64,000 bases of DNA from Gemmatimonadales bacterium (GCA_036522875.1 DATDEZ010000014.1:48050-112049); one strand, 5' to 3'; shown: positions 1 through 10,008, counted from the stretch's first letter. Notes: generated by a model not told the origin, from the sequence alone. Numbers and translations: made by a program.

Positions 1-227
1 ACGGCGTCCCAGCCGCCATGCGCGAGCGCCTGGAGGGTCGCGGCTTCGTCCGCCGTGCGCTCGAGGGTCGCTCCCGACTGTTCGACGTAGCGCGCCAGCT
101 CGCGGAAGAGGGACTGATCGCCTCCCACCCCCAGCAGCCGGGGAGGGCTTGCCGTGCCCCTCGACGGCTGCGTGAGTTGTGTGTCGATGTCCGACGCGGG
201 CACGGTCTCGAGCGGCACGGAAATCAT
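1..227 (-). CDS. partial CDS (first ~75 aa; continues past window edge): receiver-like domain protein
   Basis: Own translation of the minus strand. ATG at 227-225 overlaps the upstream stop as ATGA. MISVPLETVPASD...RLLGVGGDQSLFRELARYVEQSGATLERTADEAATLQALAHGGWDAV resembles the start of a CheY-type receiver fold, but with GGD where the acidic DD pair normally sits. Confidence 0.35.
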   Translation of the reverse strand, partial: MISVPLETVPASDIDTQLTQPSRGTASPPRLLGVGGDQSLFRELARYVEQSGATLERTADEAATLQALAHGGWDA

Positions 228-718
228 TCCATCTCCCCCTGCCGGCCGCCCGCGCGCTCGACGCGACGGCGATGTGTCCATTTACGCATCGTCACCGTGG
301 TGCCCCGCCCCGGTTCGGACCGAACGCGGAATTCGTCCATCAGGCGGCGGGCGGTGGCGAGCCCCAGACCACTCGAGGTTCCCCGCCCCCCTCGCCCTCC
401 TCCGTCGCGCAGCGCCCGGTCCAGGTCGAGGATGCCCGGTCCGTTGTCGTGTGCCACGACCACGAGGCCCGAGCGGCCACCCCTCTCGACCAAATGAAGC
501 AGCAGATCGCCGCGTCCCGCGTGCGCCAGGACGTTGCGTGCGACTTCGAGAATGGCGGTCGTGATGACCGTAACGTCGGTGGGAGAGAACTCGAGTTGGG
601 AGGCGAGTCGACGCCCGTGCTCACCCGCCACCGCGACATCGGCCGCATCCTGGATCGGAATCCGCACTCGGTTACGAGCCGGAAGGACCTCGGGCGTTTC
701 GACGAGATGCTCTAGCAT
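224..718 (-). CDS. RsbW/SpoIIAB-type anti-sigma factor serine kinase (GHKL ATPase)
   Basis: 164-aa ORF. GHKL motifs present: EVARNVLAH (N box), HDNGPGI (G1), GLGLATARRLMDEF (G2). Size is typical of single-domain RsbW-like kinases. GAGGAAAA lies ahead of the ATG. Confidence 0.7.
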   Translation of the reverse strand: MLEHLVETPEVLPARNRVRIPIQDAADVAVAGEHGRRLASQLEFSPTDVTVITTAILEVARNVLAHAGRGDLLLHLVERGGRSGLVVVAHDNGPGILDLDRALRDGGGRGGRGTSSGLGLATARRLMDEFRVRSEPGRGTTVTMRKWTHRRRVERAGGRQGEME

Positions 719-898
719 CGTTTTCCTCTAAAATCGGAAGAATCGAGTGGTGTGAGTACTAGTGAAGGTGATTCTAGGGTGAGAAAGGAGATGGGAACAT
801 CACTCAGCAGGTGGAAAACAGAATTAGACAGGGTGGGGGAATTGGGGATTAAGGCCAAGCCGAAGAGCTAGATCCAAGGATCGGGAAATGGTAGTTGC

Positions 899-3121
899 TT
901 AAGACGTGATTCCCTCCCGTCCGCTTTCCGGAGTGACGATGTCGTCCAGTTCCTCGAGTCCCACCAGTACGTCGCGCGGTTTCGAGCCATTCGCCGGCCC
1001 GAGAATCCCCGCCAGCTCGAGCTGATCGATGATGCGGGCGGCGCGGCCGTACCCGATGCTCATGCGGCGCTGCAAGAGCGACGTCGAGCCGAGCTGATTC
1101 TGAATGCAGACTTCGGCCGCTTGCCGGAACAGCGGATCGCGATCTCCCGCGTCGTCTCCCGAGCCTCCTCCGCTTTCGCCTTCTTTCTCCGCCTTCTCGA
1201 GCGCGGCGACTTGCTCGTCGATGGATGTTCCGGGAGCGGTCGCGGCAGCCGCTGCCGGCGCGTGTTGCTTGTACCACTCCATCAAGCGCTCGGTCTCGTC
1301 GGTCGAGATGAACGCGCCCTGGACGCGAATCGCTTCACTCTTCCCCGGCGGGAGAAACAGCATGTCGCCGTTGCCGAGCAGCGTTTCCGCGCCGTTCTGA
1401 TCGAGGATCGTGCGACTGTCGACCTTTGCCGAGACGCGGAATGCGATGCGGCAGGGGAAGTTCGCCTTGATCAACCCGGTGATGACGTTCACGGACGGCC
1501 GCTGCGTCGCGAGAATCAGGTGAATGCCGATCGCGCGCGCCTTCTGCGCCAGCACGGCGAGCGGTGTTTCGATCTCGCCCTGGACGGTGAGCATGAGGTC
1601 CGCGAGCTCGTCGACGACCAGCACGATGTACGGCAGCACGCCGTCCGTGTATTGCCCATCGAACGGCAGCTCCTTCTGGATCCCCGCCTGCGTGGCGAGC
1701 GTCTCCCGCGGTCCCTTGAGCGGCGCCTTTGACTCGACCTTCTTGTTGAAGTCCGAGATGTTCCGCGCGTGGTTGGCGTGCAGGAGCTTGTAGCGGCGCT
1801 CCATTTCCCACACCGACCACTTGAGGACGTTCGCGGCCTTGTGGTGACTCGTGACGACGGGAAGGCCGAGGTGCGGCAGCGCGCTGTACATCGACAGCTC
1901 GACCATCTTGGGATCGATCATCAGGAGCTTCAGCCTATCGGGGCCGTGCGCGTAAATCAGGCTCGTGATGATCGCGTTGATGCAGACCGACTTCCCCGAG
2001 CCGGTCGCCCCGGCGATGAGCAGATGCGGCATCTTCGCGAGGTCGTCGACGACCTCTTCGCCCTCGATGTTGCGCCCCAGCACGACCGGCAGGACGCGGG
2101 CGGCGCGGCGAAACTCGTCGCTGTCGATCAGATCGCGCACGTGCACGAGCCGCGCCGTCGGATTCGGCACCTCGATGCCGATCGCCGCTTTGCCCGGAAT
2201 CGGCGCCACGATCCGCAGCGACTGCGCGCGCATCGCCAGCGCGAGATCGTCGGCGAGCGACGACACACGTCCGACCTTCACGCCGCGGCCCGGCTCGAGC
2301 TCGAAGCGCGTCACCACGGGGCCGACCGTCTTGTTCGTGATCTGCGCGCCCACGCGGAAGGTCTCGAGCGTCGTGACGAGGCGGCGGCCCATTTCCTCGA
2401 TCTGCGCGGCGTCGGCGTCAGCCACGGCGCCGGGTCCCTCCGTCAACAGCTCGATCGGCGGGATGAGCGAGCCGGGCGGAGGAGGCGGAGCGGGTTTGGG
2501 AGGCGGTGAGGGCTTCGATTTCCGCTCTTTGGGAATGCGGGAGATGGGAGATGGGAGAGGTTCTTCCCGGTCCTCGGCAGGCTGCCGCGTCTTCTTGACG
2601 GGCACCGCAACGTCCTTCTCCCCTCTCCCCTCTCCCTCTCGTTGTCTTAGCACGGTCAGCGGATGCCACCCGATCGTCAGCACGCCGAGGGCGGACAGCG
2701 CGAAGATGCCGACCAGCACCGCCCCCGCCGTCCCGATCGTGCCCTGAACCCCGCTCGCCAGGAAGTCGGGAAAGAGACCGACCATGCGTTCGGCGCGCGT
2801 CCATTGCTCGTAGGAATGCTGCGGAAAGTCGGGGCCGATGGCGACGCCGATGCCGTACGGGACCAACAGGATGAGTCCGGCGCCGAGGATTGCGGCGCGA
2901 CCCCAGGAGAGCGCACCAAGCCGTTCGAACGCCGCGAGTGCCCAAAGCAGACCGAGCACCGGGACCACGATGGCCCCGACACCGAACAGTTGCCACAGCA
3001 TGCCGCCAGTCGCGCGTCCCCAGCTTCCCGTCCACGACACCGGCAGCAGCGTGAGGCCCAAGAAGAAGCCGAGCAACAGGGCCGCGATGCCGATGAGCTC
3101 TTGCCGAGCTTTTTGATTCAT
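899..3121 (-). CDS. ftsK: DNA translocase FtsK/SpoIIIE
   Basis: 740 aa. N-terminal TM segments, a Pro-rich linker, Walker A GATGSGKS, LVVDELADLM, ILATQRPS, and a C-terminal gamma winged-helix (GSTSLLQRRMSIGYGRAARIIDQLE). Confidence 0.95.
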   Translation of the reverse strand: MNQKARQELIGIAALLLGFFLGLTLLPVSWTGSWGRATGGMLWQLFGVGAIVVPVLGLLWALAAFERLGALSWGRAAILGAGLILLVPYGIGVAIGPDFPQHSYEQWTRAERMVGLFPDFLASGVQGTIGTAGAVLVGIFALSALGVLTIGWHPLTVLRQREGEGRGEKDVAVPVKKTRQPAEDREEPLPSPISRIPKERKSKPSPPPKPAPPPPPGSLIPPIELLTEGPGAVADADAAQIEEMGRRLVTTLETFRVGAQITNKTVGPVVTRFELEPGRGVKVGRVSSLADDLALAMRAQSLRIVAPIPGKAAIGIEVPNPTARLVHVRDLIDSDEFRRAARVLPVVLGRNIEGEEVVDDLAKMPHLLIAGATGSGKSVCINAIITSLIYAHGPDRLKLLMIDPKMVELSMYSALPHLGLPVVTSHHKAANVLKWSVWEMERRYKLLHANHARNISDFNKKVESKAPLKGPRETLATQAGIQKELPFDGQYTDGVLPYIVLVVDELADLMLTVQGEIETPLAVLAQKARAIGIHLILATQRPSVNVITGLIKANFPCRIAFRVSAKVDSRTILDQNGAETLLGNGDMLFLPPGKSEAIRVQGAFISTDETERLMEWYKQHAPAAAAATAPGTSIDEQVAALEKAEKEGESGGGSGDDAGDRDPLFRQAAEVCIQNQLGSTSLLQRRMSIGYGRAARIIDQLELAGILGPANGSKPRDVLVGLEELDDIVTPESGREGITS

Positions 3122-3846
3122 GCCGCGATGCGTCGATCCGCGTAAACGGGGACGATGGACAGCTTGTCGGGACTGGCGCAGTACTTCACGTCGTCGCCAA
3201 GGCCCGCCTCACCGAGCTGGCGCGCGGCATCGCTGGCGCCGAGCGCGTCGAGCCAGCCGCCTTGCTGGGCGGCGAGGTCGAGCGAGACCTGCGCGGCGTC
3301 GTTCAGCGTCAGCTTCTTCGGCGGCACGCCCTTCTTGACGGCCTTGATCAGACGACCGGCGGTATAGGCGTCCTCGAGCGCGAACTGCTTCTCACGGCCC
3401 GCGCAAATGACCACGAGGTCCCCGCGCTCGGTGAACAGGTTGCGGGCGCGCTCGGCCACGGCACTGAAGTTGAGCGCGGCGGCGACCAGCACCGGATCCC
3501 CGCCCTGGGCGGCGAGCAGCGCCGGCGTGCCGTTCGTCGTCGCCAGAAACACGGTCTTCCCGCCCACGGTCTCCTTCGTCATCTCGCGCGGCGAGTTGCC
3601 GAGGTTGAAGCCCTCGATCTTCTGCAGTCGCCGCTCGCCGGCCAACACGATGCCGTTCTTCTCGAGATTGGAGGTCAAGCGCACGACCTCTTCCGAGCTG
3701 GCGGCCGGCACGATGGCCTTGGCTCCGGCGAACAGCGCGCTCACGATCGTGCTGGTGGCCCGGAGTACGTCAATGACGACGACCGCTCGGCCGGTGAGAT
3801 CCCCCGCATTGAGGCCGAGTGGCGTATGGTAAACGTCGATCTTCAT
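3118..3846 (-). CDS. 2-phosphosulfolactate phosphatase family protein (ComB-like)
   Basis: 242 aa. ComB-family signatures [16 protein letters not shown] and [17 protein letters not shown]. 4-nt overlaps with both neighbours. Confidence 0.75.
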   Translation of the reverse strand: MKIDVYHTPLGLNAGDLTGRAVVVIDVLRATSTIVSALFAGAKAIVPAASSEEVVRLTSNLEKNGIVLAGERRLQKIEGFNLGNSPREMTKETVGGKTVFLATTNGTPALLAAQGGDPVLVAAALNFSAVAERARNLFTERGDLVVICAGREKQFALEDAYTAGRLIKAVKKGVPPKKLTLNDAAQVSLDLAAQQGGWLDALGASDAARQLGEAGLGDDVKYCASPDKLSIVPVYADRRIAA

Positions 3847-5201
3847 GTCTGGTCTTTGAGGAGTTGCGGCTCGCGCTCGAGGAATTTCGTGTCCACCTTG
3901 CCCGCGACGAAGTCCGGGTGGCGCATGACCCGGCCCAGAAACGGAATCGTCGTAGTCACGCCCTCAATGATAAACGAGTCGAGCGCCTGGCGCATACGGG
4001 CGAGCGCTTCCGTGCGGGTGTTGCCGTGCACGATCACCTTCGCGAGCAGCGAGTCGTAGTAGGGCGGCACCGTGTAGCCGGCGTAGATGTGCGTATCCAC
4101 GCGGACGCCGGGACCGCCCGGCGGATGGTACGCCGTGATGACGCCCGGGGACGGCTGGAAGTTTCTCGACGGATCCTCCGCGTTGACGCGGCACTCGATG
4201 GCGTGCCCGCGCAGCCGGTTGCCGTTCATCACAAAGGACAGCGGCGCGCCCGCCGCGACGGCAATCTGCTCCTTCACGAGGTCGAAATTCGTGCACATCT
4301 CGGTCACCGGATGCTCGACCTGGATCCGGGTGTTCATCTCCATAAAGTAGAAGGAGCCGTCCGAATCGAGCAGAAACTCGATGGTGCCGGCTCCCACGTA
4401 GCCGATCGACTGCGCCAGCTTCACGGCGGCCTCGCCGATGTCCTCGCGCAGCGTCTGGTCCACGACCGGCGACGGCGCTTCCTCGACCAGCTTCTGGTGG
4501 CGCCGCTGCACCGAGCAGTCGCGCTCGCAGAGGTGCATCACTTTGCCGTGCGTGTCCCCCATGATCTGAATCTCGATGTGGCGGGGTCGCGCGAGATACT
4601 TCTCGATGTAGACCTCGTCGGAATTGAACGCGGCGAGCGCTTCCTGCTTGGCGAGCGTGAACGACTGGGTGAACTGGTCGGGATCGTTCGCCACGCGCAT
4701 GCCCTTCCCGCCGCCGCCGGCCGCCGCCTTGATGATCACGGGAAAACCGATCTTGCCAGCGACGTCCTTGCCTTCGTCCACCGATGCCACCGGCCCCGGA
4801 GAGCCGGGCACCGTCGGCACGCCCTGCTGCTTGGCGAGCTTGCGCGCCGACGCCTTGTCGCCCATCTGCCGGATCTGGTCCGGCGTGGGGCCGATGAACG
4901 TGATGTTGGATGCCGCGACCTTCTCGGCGAATTCGGCGTTCTCGGCGAGGAATCCGTAGCCGGGATGAATCGCGTCGGCGCCCGTGATTTCGGCGGCGGC
5001 GATGAGACGCGGGATGTTGAGATAACTGTCGCGGCTGGGCGCACGGCCGATGCAGACGTCGTCGTCGGCGAAGCGGACGTGCAGCGACTCGCGGTCCGCC
5101 TCGGAGTACACCGCTACCGTCTCGACGCCCAGCTCCTTGCATGCGCGGATCACCCGCAGGGCGATCTCCCCGCGGTTGGCGATCAGCACTTTCTTGAACA
5201 T
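3843..5201 (-). CDS. accC: acetyl-CoA carboxylase biotin carboxylase subunit
   Basis: 452 aa. [21 protein letters not shown] start, ATP-grasp [22 protein letters not shown]. Confidence 0.97.
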   Translation of the reverse strand: MFKKVLIANRGEIALRVIRACKELGVETVAVYSEADRESLHVRFADDDVCIGRAPSRDSYLNIPRLIAAAEITGADAIHPGYGFLAENAEFAEKVAASNITFIGPTPDQIRQMGDKASARKLAKQQGVPTVPGSPGPVASVDEGKDVAGKIGFPVIIKAAAGGGGKGMRVANDPDQFTQSFTLAKQEALAAFNSDEVYIEKYLARPRHIEIQIMGDTHGKVMHLCERDCSVQRRHQKLVEEAPSPVVDQTLREDIGEAAVKLAQSIGYVGAGTIEFLLDSDGSFYFMEMNTRIQVEHPVTEMCTNFDLVKEQIAVAAGAPLSFVMNGNRLRGHAIECRVNAEDPSRNFQPSPGVITAYHPPGGPGVRVDTHIYAGYTVPPYYDSLLAKVIVHGNTRTEALARMRQALDSFIIEGVTTTIPFLGRVMRHPDFVAGKVDTKFLEREPQLLKDQT

Positions 5202-6358
5202 TACGGCGTCAGCTCGATCGCCCCGGCCGCGTCCGAGCCACCCAGCCGGTTCCCCGACGAATCCACGCCCGAGACCTTCAGGGCGAACTCGCTCGGGTTG
5301 GTCGAGTAGAAGATCGCACTCTCGTAGCTGACGACGCCCTGCTGATACCAGTAGAAGAGGGACTGATCGAAGCTCTGCATGCCGTACTGGATCGAGCCTT
5401 CGGCGATGAGATCGGGAATGTTGAGCTGCTTGGACAGATCACGGATGTTGTCGGCCACCGCCGCCGTGTTGATCAGGATCTCCGCCGCCGGGACGCGGCC
5501 GCGGCCGTCTTTGCGCGGCACGAGGCGCAACGACACGATCGCCTGCAGCGCCGTCGAGAGCAGGTGCCGGATTTCGTCGTGCTGGTGCGGCGGGAAGAAG
5601 GAGATGACGCGGCTGATGGTCTGGGTGGCGTCGGTCGTGTGGAGCGTCGAAAACACCATGTGACCCGTATCCGCGGCCTTGAGCGCCGTGTCCAGCGTCT
5701 CCATGTCGCGGATTTCGCCGATCAGGATGAGATCGGGATCCTGTCGCAGCACGTGGCGCAGCGCCGAGTTGAACGACAGCGTGTCGTTGCCGACCTCGCG
5801 CTGCGAGATGTTCGCGTTCTGGTCGCGGTGCAGGAACTCGATCGGATCTTCGATCGTGATGATGTTCACGCGCCGGTTGGTGTTCACGTGGTTGATCATC
5901 GCGGCGAGCGCCGTCGACTTCCCCGACCCGGTCACGCCCGTGACGAGCACGAGCCCACGGGGCTTGAGCGCGATCTCCTCGAGCACGCCGGGCAGGTTCA
6001 GCTCGCGGATCTGCTTCACTTCGTAGGGAATCGCGCGAAACGCGAACGCCACGGTGCCGCGCTGCTGGTACACGTTGGTGCGGAAGCGGCCGACGCCGGG
6101 CACGCCGATCGCGAAGTCCGCCTCCTTGTGCTCGGCGAACTCCTTGACCTGACGCGGCGTCATGATCTGCTCGGCAAGCGACTTCAGCTCTTCAGGCTTG
6201 AGCGGCGACGTCTCGAGCGCGACCAGCTCGCCGTTCACGCGAATGGTGGCCGGCCGTCCGACCTTGAGCAGCAAGTCGGAGCCGTTGCGCTGCACCATCT
6301 GCGTGATCGCCTGCTTGAAGTTGAATGCCGGGAGATTGCTTTGTGTCGCCTCACCCAT
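5201..6358 (-). CDS. pilT: PilT/PilU-family type IV pilus retraction-type ATPase
   Basis: 385 aa. Walker [10 protein letters not shown], Asp box ITIEDPIEF, Walker [13 protein letters not shown], His box [11 protein letters not shown]-terminal GMQSFDQSL. Stop overlaps the accC start (TAATG). Start overlaps the accB stop by 8 nt. Confidence 0.9.
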   Translation of the reverse strand: MGEATQSNLPAFNFKQAITQMVQRNGSDLLLKVGRPATIRVNGELVALETSPLKPEELKSLAEQIMTPRQVKEFAEHKEADFAIGVPGVGRFRTNVYQQRGTVAFAFRAIPYEVKQIRELNLPGVLEEIALKPRGLVLVTGVTGSGKSTALAAMINHVNTNRRVNIITIEDPIEFLHRDQNANISQREVGNDTLSFNSALRHVLRQDPDLILIGEIRDMETLDTALKAADTGHMVFSTLHTTDATQTISRVISFFPPHQHDEIRHLLSTALQAIVSLRLVPRKDGRGRVPAAEILINTAAVADNIRDLSKQLNIPDLIAEGSIQYGMQSFDQSLFYWYQQGVVSYESAIFYSTNPSEFALKVSGVDSSGNRLGGSDAAGAIELTP

Positions 6359-6818
6359 GCGGATCCACCCGGAAAAGGACTTGGCCGAACTCCACCGGCT
6401 GCGCGTTTTGTGCGGCGACTTCCCGGATCACGCCCGAGACCTCGGATTCGATCTCGTTCATGATCTTCATCGCTTCGATGATGCACACCACCTGCCCGGC
6501 GTTCACCCGGGTTCCCACCTTGGCGTACGGCTGCGCGCCGGGCTCGGGCGACTGATAGAACGTCCCGACCATCGGCGACTTGATCTCGAGAAACTGGGGG
6601 GTCGGCGCCGGAGCCTGGGGACTCGCCGCGGGCGCCTGCGGCGTCGCGGGAGCGGCTGTCGAGGCAGGCGGCTGGCCCACGAAGACATGGTTCGCATCCG
6701 CCTTGGAGACCCGCACGGACGACCACGCGCCGAACAGACCGCGGCGGATCTCGATCGCCCCCACCTCCGGGGCATCCTTCAAGATCTGCACGATCTGGGC
6801 GATGATGTCGAGCTTCAT
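6351..6818 (-). CDS. accB: acetyl-CoA carboxylase biotin carboxyl carrier protein
   Basis: Biotinylation motif EAMKIMNEIE and an Ala/Pro-rich hinge. I prefer the start at MKLDIIAQIV (6818) behind a GGAGG-rich stretch. The track ORF extends to 6869. Confidence 0.9.
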   Translation of the reverse strand: MKLDIIAQIVQILKDAPEVGAIEIRRGLFGAWSSVRVSKADANHVFVGQPPASTAAPATPQAPAASPQAPAPTPQFLEIKSPMVGTFYQSPEPGAQPYAKVGTRVNAGQVVCIIEAMKIMNEIESEVSGVIREVAAQNAQPVEFGQVLFRVDPHG

Positions 6819-6852
6819 ACCGAGAAGATATCCCCCCTCCCCCTCGCCGCCA

Positions 6853-8028
6853 CTACGCCAGTTCGACAAGCTCCGTACAGCCGTCGCTCAAGAGCACCGG
6901 ACCGTCCGCCGAAAGATGCACGTCGTCCTCGATCCGTACCCCGCCGCGTCCGGCGACGTAGATGCCGGGCTCGATCGTCACGACGGCGCCTTCGGGCAGC
7001 GGATCGTTCGCGGTGCGCGCCAGCCGCGGCGCCTCGTGCACGTCGAGTCCCAAGCCGTGGCCCGTCGAGTGACCGAACGCCGCGCCGAAGCCGCGCGTCT
7101 CGATCACCTCGCGCGCGAGCGCATCCGCTTCGCGGCCCGTCATACCGGCGCGCACCCCTTCCCGCGCACGACGCTGGGCTTCCTGCACCACCCCGTACAA
7201 CGCGCGCTGGGCTTCGTCGGCGCGCGCGCCCACGACCACGGTGCGCGTGACATCCGCGCAATAGCCGTCGACAACGGCGCCAAAGTCTAGCAGCAGCCAC
7301 TCCCCCGCCGCTACGGTCCGCGCGCTCGTGCTGGCATGCGGGAGCGCGCTGCGCGGGCCGCTCGCCACAATCGTCGGAAACGGATGGCCCTCGCTGCCCT
7401 GGCGACGCAGCGCCCCTTCCAACGCGCCCGCGATCGCGAGCTCGGTCTGGCCGACACGCACGCTCGCGAGCGTCTTCTGCAACGCCTCGGCCGCCAGCGT
7501 GGCCGCCGCCTGAATCGCCGCGACCTCACCCGGATCCTTCCGCACCCGCAGCCGCTCGACCAACTCGCCCGCCGACTTCCAGCGCCACGCCGCGCCCGGG
7601 CCCATCGCAAAGCGCTCGGCGTCTTTGACGCTCGTCGCATGCGCCTCGAACCCGAGCACCGCCCCAGGCCCGATTCCCGAAACTCCCAGGCCGAGCTCCT
7701 TGAAGAGACGATCCCAGACGCTCGTCGCTTCGATCTCGACGCGCGCGACCGCGCCCGCCTGCTGGCGCGCCTGCTCGTCATACCGGAAGTCGGTGACGAG
7801 CAGCAGCGTGTTCCGCGTCGCGACCGCCACTCCCGCCGATCCGCTGAACCCGGTGAGATACCGGATGTTGGATCGCGACGTCACGAGCAGCGCGTCCAAC
7901 CCTTCCGTTTCGAGGAGCCGAGCCAGCGCGGCCTGTCGCTCGGGCCTCTTATCGCGACTGGAGATGACCGACCAACCCTTCGAGACCCAGGCGGTAGCTG
8001 TCGGCCCCGAACCCCGTGACGACGCCAA
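6853..8028 (-). CDS. pepP: Xaa-Pro aminopeptidase (M24B family)
   Basis: Creatinase-like N-domain (DALLVTSRSNIRYLTGF) and M24 metal-ligand context (HSTGHGLGLDVHE, VVTIEPGIY). The start is uncertain. The track ATG at 8112 overlaps aroQ by 164 nt. An in-frame TTG at 8028 is my preferred candidate. Confidence 0.8.
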   Translation of the reverse strand: MASSRGSGPTATAWVSKGWSVISSRDKRPERQAALARLLETEGLDALLVTSRSNIRYLTGFSGSAGVAVATRNTLLLVTDFRYDEQARQQAGAVARVEIEATSVWDRLFKELGLGVSGIGPGAVLGFEAHATSVKDAERFAMGPGAAWRWKSAGELVERLRVRKDPGEVAAIQAAATLAAEALQKTLASVRVGQTELAIAGALEGALRRQGSEGHPFPTIVASGPRSALPHASTSARTVAAGEWLLLDFGAVVDGYCADVTRTVVVGARADEAQRALYGVVQEAQRRAREGVRAGMTGREADALAREVIETRGFGAAFGHSTGHGLGLDVHEAPRLARTANDPLPEGAVVTIEPGIYVAGRGGVRIEDDVHLSADGPVLLSDGCTELVELA

Positions 8029-8392
8029 CCGCGAGATCCGCGAGCAACGAACGCCGCCGCTCCGGCTCACGCGCAAAAATGTTCGACAGATGCACTTCGA
8101 CGAACGGGACACGGACGGCGAGGAGCGCGTCCCGCACCGCCAGACTCGTATGCGTGAACGCGGCCGCGTTGATCACGGCCCCGTCGGCCCGACCCTTCAA
8201 TCCCTGAATCGCCTCGACGAGCTCGCCTTCATGATTCGTCTGGATCCAGCTGCATTCCACGCCGAGCGCGCGCGCCCGCTCGCGCGTCAGCCGCTCGACC
8301 TCGGCGAGACTCGTGCTCCCGTAGATCTCCGGTTCGCGCTGTCCCAGCAAATTCAGGTTGGGGCCGTTCAGCACGGCGATGTGCGGAGACAC
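7949..8392 (-). CDS. aroQ: type II 3-dehydroquinate dehydratase
   Basis: IAVLNGPNLNLLGQREPEIYG and SNIFAREPERRRS motifs. The GTG at 8392 (TAGTG overlap with the upstream stop) gives a typical ~147-aa protein. An alternative GTG lies at 8416. Confidence 0.9.
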   Translation of the reverse strand: MSPHIAVLNGPNLNLLGQREPEIYGSTSLAEVERLTRERARALGVECSWIQTNHEGELVEAIQGLKGRADGAVINAAAFTHTSLAVRDALLAVRVPFVEVHLSNIFAREPERRRSLLADLAVGVVTGFGADSYRLGLEGLVGHLQSR

Positions 8393-9981
8393 TAGGACTT
8401 GAGCTTCTTCAGCCACTGCTGGAACTGGTCCGCCTCCGCGTCATCCTCCGGTGGCCGCTGCGTGCGGCCAGAGGTGCGGCTGCCGCCCGGCGTCTTCGCG
8501 GCCGTGGCATCCGCGGGCGCTTCCCCTGCAGCGCCGCCTTTCCCACCGGCGAAGAATTCGTCGAACGAGAAGCCGCCGGTCTTCGATGCGTCCGGCGCAG
8601 GCGACGCGGCCGCTGCCGCGGGGGACGACGGCTCGGACGCGGGACTTGGCGCCGCGGTCGAACCGCGCGCTTCTTCTCCGAAGACCGAGTCGAGCGAGAT
8701 GTGGTCCTGAGCCGGATGTGACGGCTCGCCGGGAGGCGGACCCGCGCCGTCGAACGCCGCCTCGAGCGTCGTTTGTTCTTCCGGAGCACCGCCGGGCTCC
8801 GGCGTCGGCCGCCGGCCTGACCAGATGCCCTTGAGGAAAGCCTGGGCCGAGATCCCTGAGCCCTTCCGGCCGCCGGAAGACAGCTGGTCGACCTTGCTCT
8901 TCAGCTTCGCGTCGCCCGGCCGCTGCGCGAGAAGTGCCTGGTAGACCCGGAGCGCATCCTGTGAATGCCCCTGCCTGAGATACAGCTCGGCCATCGTCTC
9001 CGTCAGGACGGGCTCAGCCTGTGACAGGGTCGCGGTATCGGCCGCTCCGTCGTCGTCCGACAACGCGACCACCGCCGGCATCGACACGCGAGGTGCCGGG
9101 GATGGCGGAGCCGGCGGCGGCACTCGAGGTGCGGGGGGCGCCGGCGGTTGGGGCGGCGCCGCGGCCTTCCGAGGCGCGTCCTCGTCATCCGGCATGATCA
9201 GCGGGAGATCGACCTGCGGCAACCCGTCGTCCAGATCTGGGGCGGCGGCCCGACCGGCAGGCTCTGGGGCATCGAGCTTGAACATCCCACTGCCCTCATA
9301 CTGCGTACGCGCCAGCCCCTCGACCTCGACCTGCTCGATCTGCTGTGAATTCAGCTCGACGTCTTCCTGCACCTCCAGCCCGTCGGCTTTGGCCGCTTCA
9401 TGCGCGTTGGGATTGAAACTGATCGGGCTCTCGAAGTTCTCGACCTCCGGCGCCGAGGTCGCCGCGACGGAATCGCGTTTCAGCTCGACCGACTCCGGCG
9501 TCTCGTGATCGACCGCGAAGTCGGGCTTGTCCATCGCGGCCGTCGGCGCCTCGGACACCTCCATCGGCTTCGTCGCAAGCTTGCCCTTCGCTCGCGCCAG
9601 TGCCTCGGCCGCATCGCCGTTCATCGGGTCCGCGTTGAGCAGCTGCCCCAGCCACTGCACTTCCTCGGCGTAATTGCCGTTCCGCTCCGCCAATTCGGCG
9701 AGACCGCGCAGCGCGATGATGTTCTGGGCGTCGAGCTCGAGGACCTTCTTGAAGACACCGAGGGCAGCCGGATCGTCTTTCTTGTCGACGAGACAGCGGG
9801 CGTAGACGATGTACGCGCTGACGTAATCGGGATGCAGCTGGAGACCGTTCTGACAGAGAACGATCGCGTTATCTATAAGCCCTGCTTTACGATAGGCGTC
9901 CGCCAAGGGCGCGAAGTTGCGGCCCTTGGGATTATCATTAAAGCGCGCTTCGAGCTTCTCGATCTCGCTAGTGTAGGCCAC
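8392..9981 (-). CDS. TPR-repeat protein with long acidic/proline-rich disordered centre
   Basis: 529 aa. N-terminal TPRs (NFAPLADAYRKAGLIDNAIVLCQNGLQLHPDY...), a PPQPPAPPAPRVPPPAPPSPAP tract, and a C-terminal TPR-like unit (MAELYLRQGHSQDALRVYQALLAQRP). GTG start. Confidence 0.7.
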   Translation of the reverse strand: MAYTSEIEKLEARFNDNPKGRNFAPLADAYRKAGLIDNAIVLCQNGLQLHPDYVSAYIVYARCLVDKKDDPAALGVFKKVLELDAQNIIALRGLAELAERNGNYAEEVQWLGQLLNADPMNGDAAEALARAKGKLATKPMEVSEAPTAAMDKPDFAVDHETPESVELKRDSVAATSAPEVENFESPISFNPNAHEAAKADGLEVQEDVELNSQQIEQVEVEGLARTQYEGSGMFKLDAPEPAGRAAAPDLDDGLPQVDLPLIMPDDEDAPRKAAAPPQPPAPPAPRVPPPAPPSPAPRVSMPAVVALSDDDGAADTATLSQAEPVLTETMAELYLRQGHSQDALRVYQALLAQRPGDAKLKSKVDQLSSGGRKGSGISAQAFLKGIWSGRRPTPEPGGAPEEQTTLEAAFDGAGPPPGEPSHPAQDHISLDSVFGEEARGSTAAPSPASEPSSPAAAAASPAPDASKTGGFSFDEFFAGGKGGAAGEAPADATAAKTPGGSRTSGRTQRPPEDDAEADQFQQWLKKLKS

Positions 9982-10008
9982 GTCCTAAGTCTATGTGGGA
10001 ATTGGACG

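Noticed and set aside
791-871. 26-codon plus-strand ORF (MGTSLSRWKTELDRVGELGIKAKPKS) preceded by AAAGGAG in the AT-rich spacer
   Set aside because: The Shine-Dalgarno-like motif abuts the ATG with no spacing. There is no supporting context and no way to test conservation here. It is most likely a chance ORF in a purine-rich spacer.
5201-6358. pilT-like gene as evidence for a type IV pilus locus
   Set aside because: No pilin, PilB, PilC, PilMNOPQ or prepilin peptidase genes occur anywhere in the window. Only the odd acc-operon placement is reported.
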